Source: a virus
Lineage: Duplodnaviria > Heunggongvirae > Uroviricota > Caudoviricetes
Reading direction: 5' to 3' (one strand)
Length of the DNA stretch: 10,773 nucleotides
Virus record (IMG/VR): IMGVR_UViG_2681813269_000008
Every line of letters starts with the position of its first letter. Position 1 is the stretch's first letter. The notes under the pieces were generated by a model. The model worked only from the letters and a program-made list of their open reading frames with translations, was not told the DNA's origin and made no database searches. Positions 6,836-10,773 of the stretch are shown here, piece after piece. The position numbers were made by a program, and so were the translations under genes.

Positions 6836-6912
6836 TGGTGGCCCTTGCTGGACTTGAACCAGCGACCTGGCGATTATGAGTCGCTCGCTCTGACCAACTG
6901 AGCTAAAGGGCC
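6836..6912 (-). tRNA. tRNA-Ile2-like (anticodon CAT), copy 2
   Basis: Identical to 1383-1459 (offset 5453). Confidence 0.85.
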
Positions 6913-7000
6913 GGAGGCAGAATAATAACCATATGTCATCACATCTGCAAACTCATCTGACCACCAGCACGTTTAACGTCCTGTGCCGTTTTTCAGGTAT

Positions 7001-7026
7001 AAAAAAACCCGCTCATCGGCGGGTTT
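7001..7026 (-). terminator. Predicted rho-independent terminator, copy 2
   Basis: Identical to 1548-1573 (offset 5453). Confidence 0.6.
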
Positions 7027-7101
7027 AAGCTGTGTGGCGTAGTAACCACTCTTAACAGGATATTCAACTTTTTACGATCGTAAAGTTTTCGGAAAAAATT
7101 T

Positions 7102-7671
7102 TTAAAACCGCATCAACCGCTCCACCAGTTGCTCTTTACGGGCAACGATCCACCCGTGTTGCTCCAGATAAAATTTAAACCGTTCCAGAGTACATACCAT
7201 CGCATCGGCGGGTACCTTTTCCGTGAACTCAACCTGACCGTGTTTATCGAAGTGGCTCAGTAATGCGCATCCATCATTTTCGATAGATGTGTTTTGTGCC
7301 GCTGGTGGCTGTTTCTGGTTGAAATAACAGTCTTCCAGTTTTTCGAACACTTCCCACGCCTGATCGGTTTCGAGCATTTTGGCGTGACGGGCTGCGCCAC
7401 GTTCTGTCCAGAGGATGAGGGAGCGAACGTTACGGGCAATTTTCACAGAAACTCTTAAAGAGTTTTCGTTCTTCAACTCTCGTAACGCATCACCTTCTAT
7501 CAGGAAAAAATGTTTACCTTCTATAAACCGTTCTTTGTTTCGATTGAAATTGTTTGTCAAACGCTGGCGCTCTGTTCCGTACAAATCAGCCAGCAGCTCT
7601 GTTGTCATGACAGGAAGATGGTTATGCGTAAGTGACGGGAGTTTTTCAATAGACGTGCGATTCATAGACAT
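7102..7671 (-). CDS. ORF6N/KilA-N-like phage DNA-binding (antirepressor-like) protein, copy 2
   Basis: Identical to 1649-2218; the track ORF 7102-7863 is the same extended frame. Confidence 0.6.
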   Translation of the reverse strand: MSMNRTSIEKLPSLTHNHLPVMTTELLADLYGTERQRLTNNFNRNKERFIEGKHFFLIEGDALRELKNENSLRVSVKIARNVRSLILWTERGAARHAKMLETDQAWEVFEKLEDCYFNQKQPPAAQNTSIENDGCALLSHFDKHGQVEFTEKVPADAMVCTLERFKFYLEQHGWIVARKEQLVERLMRF

Positions 7672-8026
7672 GTCCTTTCGAATATTTTGATTTACCCCTT
7701 TTGAGAGGGTGACCGGGCGCTCAAAACCGTCGAAAGTCGGCGGGCGTATTTCCATTGCTGGTATTGTATTAGCCGCACACCCGGTCATAAACCAAGAATT
7801 CTGGACACAAAAAAACCACATGGCTATCGGGTGTGGATACCGCTTTCGAGGTGTTTTGAGCACCGCGGGGAAATGTAAACTGCAAACCTGAAACTGTCAA
7901 CACCGTCAGGTTCCAATCATCGGGTGGTGAGACGCACAGGGTTGGAACTACCGGGAAACCGACCGGCGAGCTTTTCAGCTCCCCCATGCGCCCCACCATA
8001 ATTCAGATGTGCGCGTGCATACGACA

Positions 8027-8050
8027 ATAAAAAACACGCTCGCGGCGTGT
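8027..8050 (-). terminator. tR'-like intrinsic terminator, copy 2
   Basis: Identical to 2574-2597 (offset 5453). Confidence 0.55.
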
Positions 8051-8111
8051 GTCTGTCGCGGTCTCTATCCGGGGTTCCAATCCCGACGCCAGATTTTGCT
8101 GGCGCGTGAGG

Positions 8112-8141
8112 AATATAGCCCCGGACAATGTGTCTGGTCAA
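8112..8141 (-). promoter_or_regulatory. PR'-like late promoter, copy 2
   Basis: Identical to 2659-2688 (offset 5453). Confidence 0.55.
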
Positions 8142-8145
8142 GCAC

Positions 8146-8532
8146 CTACATAATTCGTTCTACGTATCTGTCCATCTCCAGCCGGATATCAAGCATCATC
8201 AACATGCCATCAATAACCCCTTCCGCTTTCTGCAGGCGCTTGCCAATACAGGTATCCGAACACCCATGTTTCCGTGCCAGACTCATAAAAGTCATTCCAC
8301 CTACGTAATAATCCACCAGCAAATCGTGCAAATCCTGATTTTTCTTGTTCAACCGGGCCATACAGCCACAAATTATCATTGCATCATCATCAGAACACTG
8401 AGGGCGTGATTTCACTTTCGACGGAATTAACCCTTTAAAACCAGCAGCGATCGACGCCCAGGATACATCTTCATGAGTGTTTGCAGCCCAAGCCCCCCAC
8501 CGTTCCATAACCTGCTGAATATCACGCGCCAT
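8146..8532 (-). CDS. Late antiterminator Q, copy 2
   Basis: Identical to 2693-3079; track ORF 8146-8553. Confidence 0.85.
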   Translation of the reverse strand: MARDIQQVMERWGAWAANTHEDVSWASIAAGFKGLIPSKVKSRPQCSDDDAMIICGCMARLNKKNQDLHDLLVDYYVGGMTFMSLARKHGCSDTCIGKRLQKAEGVIDGMLMMLDIRLEMDRYVERIM

Positions 8533-8893
8533 CGTTATCACCTGTGATTTCATAAATCTTCACGCCCAGTCGCCCACCAGGAACGAGCTGACCGCGCACA
8601 ATATTGATTTCATCAAACTGCTCGTCGTCTATGAGTAGTCCGGCATGCGTCAGCGCATCCAGTGGTGCTTTCAGGATATTGTCCAGGTCACGACGGCGCT
8701 TATCCGGTGGCTCTGCAATAATCTTTATCGCCAGCCTTCCGGACAGGTTTAATTTCAGCCGCTGCTGGCGAACAATTAGCGTCACATCACGGCGATAACG
8801 CTCACCAACTTTTGATACAAAATATGTGCTGCCACGACGTCGCCAGTAAGTATTCACCGTCGGCGGATAAGGTAAAATAAACTCATGGCGCAT
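8522..8893 (-). CDS. rusA: Holliday junction resolvase RusA, copy 2
   Basis: Identical to 3069-3440. Confidence 0.9.
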   Translation of the reverse strand: MRHEFILPYPPTVNTYWRRRGSTYFVSKVGERYRRDVTLIVRQQRLKLNLSGRLAIKIIAEPPDKRRRDLDNILKAPLDALTHAGLLIDDEQFDEINIVRGQLVPGGRLGVKIYEITGDNDGA

Positions 8894-9150
8894 CAGCGCA
8901 GCACCTCCTGCACCATTTTTTCAAACTTTCCAACTTTGGTTTCCAGCTCTGCCACACAATCAACGAGCTCATCCACCGCTTTTTGTGCGCGATGTTTCGC
9001 CTGCATCAGTTCCCTGAGCGCTGGCACCATATCCCGACGAATGGCATCTTTTGTTACACCTGTTTTTTCCAGTTGTTCCGCCTGTCGCAACATTTCCTGC
9101 GCGTGTTTACGCAATTGTTCAGAGGTAAAAGTCATTGTCTGGTTGTTCAA
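8893..9150 (-). CDS. Small hypothetical coiled-coil phage protein, copy 2
   Basis: Identical to 3440-3697. Confidence 0.5.
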   Translation of the reverse strand: MNNQTMTFTSEQLRKHAQEMLRQAEQLEKTGVTKDAIRRDMVPALRELMQAKHRAQKAVDELVDCVAELETKVGKFEKMVQEVLR

Positions 9151-10538
9151 AAGAAACGCTCCATCTTACTGCTGTCGGTACGTGTATTGCTGTATCTGCG
9201 CGGCTGGGGCTGCCGCATTGGGGTGGAAAGAACCTGTGCGCTTTCCTGGTCCACAGGCAGAAAATGTCCGTTATAAAAACGCCGGTAAATCGTCCCCAGA
9301 GAACCGTTACGTTGTTTCGTGATATTAATTTCTGCTATGCCTGTAGCCTGTGTATCCGGGTTGTACACTTCATCCCTGTAAAGCATCAGAATGATGTCTG
9401 CATCCGCCTCTATTTCTCCGGAATTTTTCAGGTCTGAGTTCATGGGACGTTTATTGGGTCTGGACTCCACACCGCGGGAGAGCTGGCTCAGCGCAATCAA
9501 CGGAAAACCACCGGATTTTGCCAGGCCTTTAAGCCCCTTTGAGATTTCACCCACGGCAAGGTCATGACGCCCCGTGGTTCGGGTTTTTATCAGCCCGAGA
9601 TAATCAACCACCACCAGCGCCGTTTCCGGATGTTTAATCAGATGGTGTTTCGTTGTTGCGCATATCTCATCAATGGTCAGGTTCGCCTGGTCCACCATCC
9701 AGATATTGCGCCCGGTCATCCGCCCCACCCCTTGTGAGAAACGCGCCCAGTCTTCATCTTCAAAGTGAGCCACAGATTTCAGGCGTGATACTGGCATCCC
9801 TCCAGCCGCAGACACCATACGTTCACCAATCTGGATGTTCGCCATCTCCATGGTGAACAGAAGCACACCATGCCCCTGCTCAGTCACCTTGTCGATGATG
9901 TCCAGCGCAAGTTCGGTTTTCCCCATCGAAGGACGGGCGGCAATGAATACCAGGTCTCCGGGCTCCATACCGCCTGTTTTTGCGTCCAGTTCATCAATAC
10001 CGGTCATCAACGTCCTGGATTTCTCCAGCCCCTGATTCCGGCATTCAACACGCTCAACCACTTCCGGAAGCACATCATCAATATGTACCGGCTGAATGAC
10101 GCCCTTTCCTGTCGACAGTGTGACCATCATGTTCTGCGCATCCTTCAGGGCATCTTCAGCTGCTTCACAGGTATGCGCATCACGTAATTTCTGCAGCGCC
10201 TCATTCAGTGTTTTTTCTGCATCGCGCAGTGCGGCATTGCGCCGCAACGCTGCAACATAGTGCTCCAGTGAAGACTTCACCCAGGTTTTACGCCCGGTAT
10301 CAGTAATCACCGGGGCAAGTTCCGGCATCTCATTACACAACAGCACGGGGTCAATCACTCCTGAAACACGGGCCTGTCTGCAGATGCCTGTGTAGATATC
10401 CCGATACGCTCGTACAGAAAAAATGTCCGCCGGTAGTGTGATCAGAATATCCATCACTTCATGATCTGCCCCACGCAGAAAGAATGCGCCAATGACAGCG
10501 CCTTCCAGGTCATCATTACGCCAGACTGGTGTTGTCAT
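9147..10538 (-). CDS. Phage replicative DNA helicase, DnaB family, copy 2
   Basis: Identical to 3694-5085. The 510-aa track ORF (to 10679) is an artefactual in-frame extension across 49 bp of flank and the IS2-like terminus. Confidence 0.9.
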   Translation of the reverse strand: MTTPVWRNDDLEGAVIGAFFLRGADHEVMDILITLPADIFSVRAYRDIYTGICRQARVSGVIDPVLLCNEMPELAPVITDTGRKTWVKSSLEHYVAALRRNAALRDAEKTLNEALQKLRDAHTCEAAEDALKDAQNMMVTLSTGKGVIQPVHIDDVLPEVVERVECRNQGLEKSRTLMTGIDELDAKTGGMEPGDLVFIAARPSMGKTELALDIIDKVTEQGHGVLLFTMEMANIQIGERMVSAAGGMPVSRLKSVAHFEDEDWARFSQGVGRMTGRNIWMVDQANLTIDEICATTKHHLIKHPETALVVVDYLGLIKTRTTGRHDLAVGEISKGLKGLAKSGGFPLIALSQLSRGVESRPNKRPMNSDLKNSGEIEADADIILMLYRDEVYNPDTQATGIAEINITKQRNGSLGTIYRRFYNGHFLPVDQESAQVLSTPMRQPQPRRYSNTRTDSSKMERFF

Positions 10539-10642
10539 GCAGCCACACCTCTGATACAAGAACGGTAGCTGGGCCAGTTGAACGACAACCAGTTGCGCCC
10601 CCCGTCTGTGATCCTGTCGGCAATGCGGGGGCTGATGAACGC
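10535..10642 (-). pseudogene. 3' remnant of the gene upstream of the helicase (probable replication initiator or helicase loader), cut by the IS2-like insertion
   Basis: Minus-strand frame ...[35 protein letters not shown] ends in a TGA that overlaps the helicase ATG (ATGA coupling). The frame is open right up to the IS2-like terminus at 10643. No family assignment is possible from 35 codons. Confidence 0.35.
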
Positions 10643-10773
10643 TGGATTTGCCCCTATATTTCCAGACACCTGTTATCACTTAACCCATTACTGGCTTGCT
10701 GCCGTAGATATTCCCGTGGCGAGCGATAACCCAGTGCACTATGCGGATGCCATTCGTTATAATGCTCGAACGC
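10643..10773 (-). mobile_element. IS2-like element, right terminus and 3' end of the transposase gene; runs off the window end
   Basis: TGGATTTGCCCCTATATTTCCAGACACCTGTTATCACTTAACCCATTAC... matches the reverse complement of the IS2 right inverted repeat as I recall it, with about one mismatch. The minus strand encodes the transposase C-terminus ...[10 protein letters not shown]. Confidence 0.6.

Noticed and set aside
9147-10679. 510-aa extended helicase ORF in copy 2 (and the 483-aa version ending at 5145 in copy 1)
   Set aside because: The extra N-terminal residues come from an in-frame read across the upstream gene remnant and the IS2-like terminus, or from a GTG inside IS-derived sequence. 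The ATG at 10538/5085 has a good Shine-Dalgarno and begins the DnaB-like N-terminal domain.

Overview
The window is a mosaic of a defective lambdoid prophage and insertion-sequence debris, of enterobacterial (E. coli/Shigella-like) character. All identifications below are by reading the sequence and recalling protein families; no database search was run.

All prophage genes are on the minus strand. At the left end is a phage-21-type lysis cassette: a pinholin (253-468) overlapping a SAR endolysin that runs off the window start. After about 680 bp with no convincing ORF comes a late-operon module: four tightly packed tRNA genes (Gly-TCC, Thr-TGT, Arg-TCT, Ile2-like CAT), an ORF6N/KilA-N-like gene, a PR'-like promoter with a tR'-like terminator, antiterminator Q, RusA, an 85-aa protein and a DnaB-family helicase.

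The 3,993-bp block 1148-5140 is repeated in direct orientation at 6601-10593. Every ORF translation in the supplied track is identical between copies and the segments I compared match base for base. The copies are separated by an internal IS2-like fragment (5141-5255), a 5'-truncated IS3-family element with an orfA/orfB frameshift site (5256 to about 6414), and a 186-bp inverted-repeat-rich spacer. Copy 2 is followed by 49 unique bp and an intact IS2-like terminus running off the window end; copy 1 lacks exactly those 81 bp.

I found no CRISPR array, no rRNA, no toxin gene and no obvious novel defence system. The points most worth follow-up are the identical duplication with IS-scarred junctions, the breakpoint exactly at the tRNA-Gly 3' end, a candidate small-RNA unit in the empty tRNA-to-holin interval, and the PR'-tR' short transcript.
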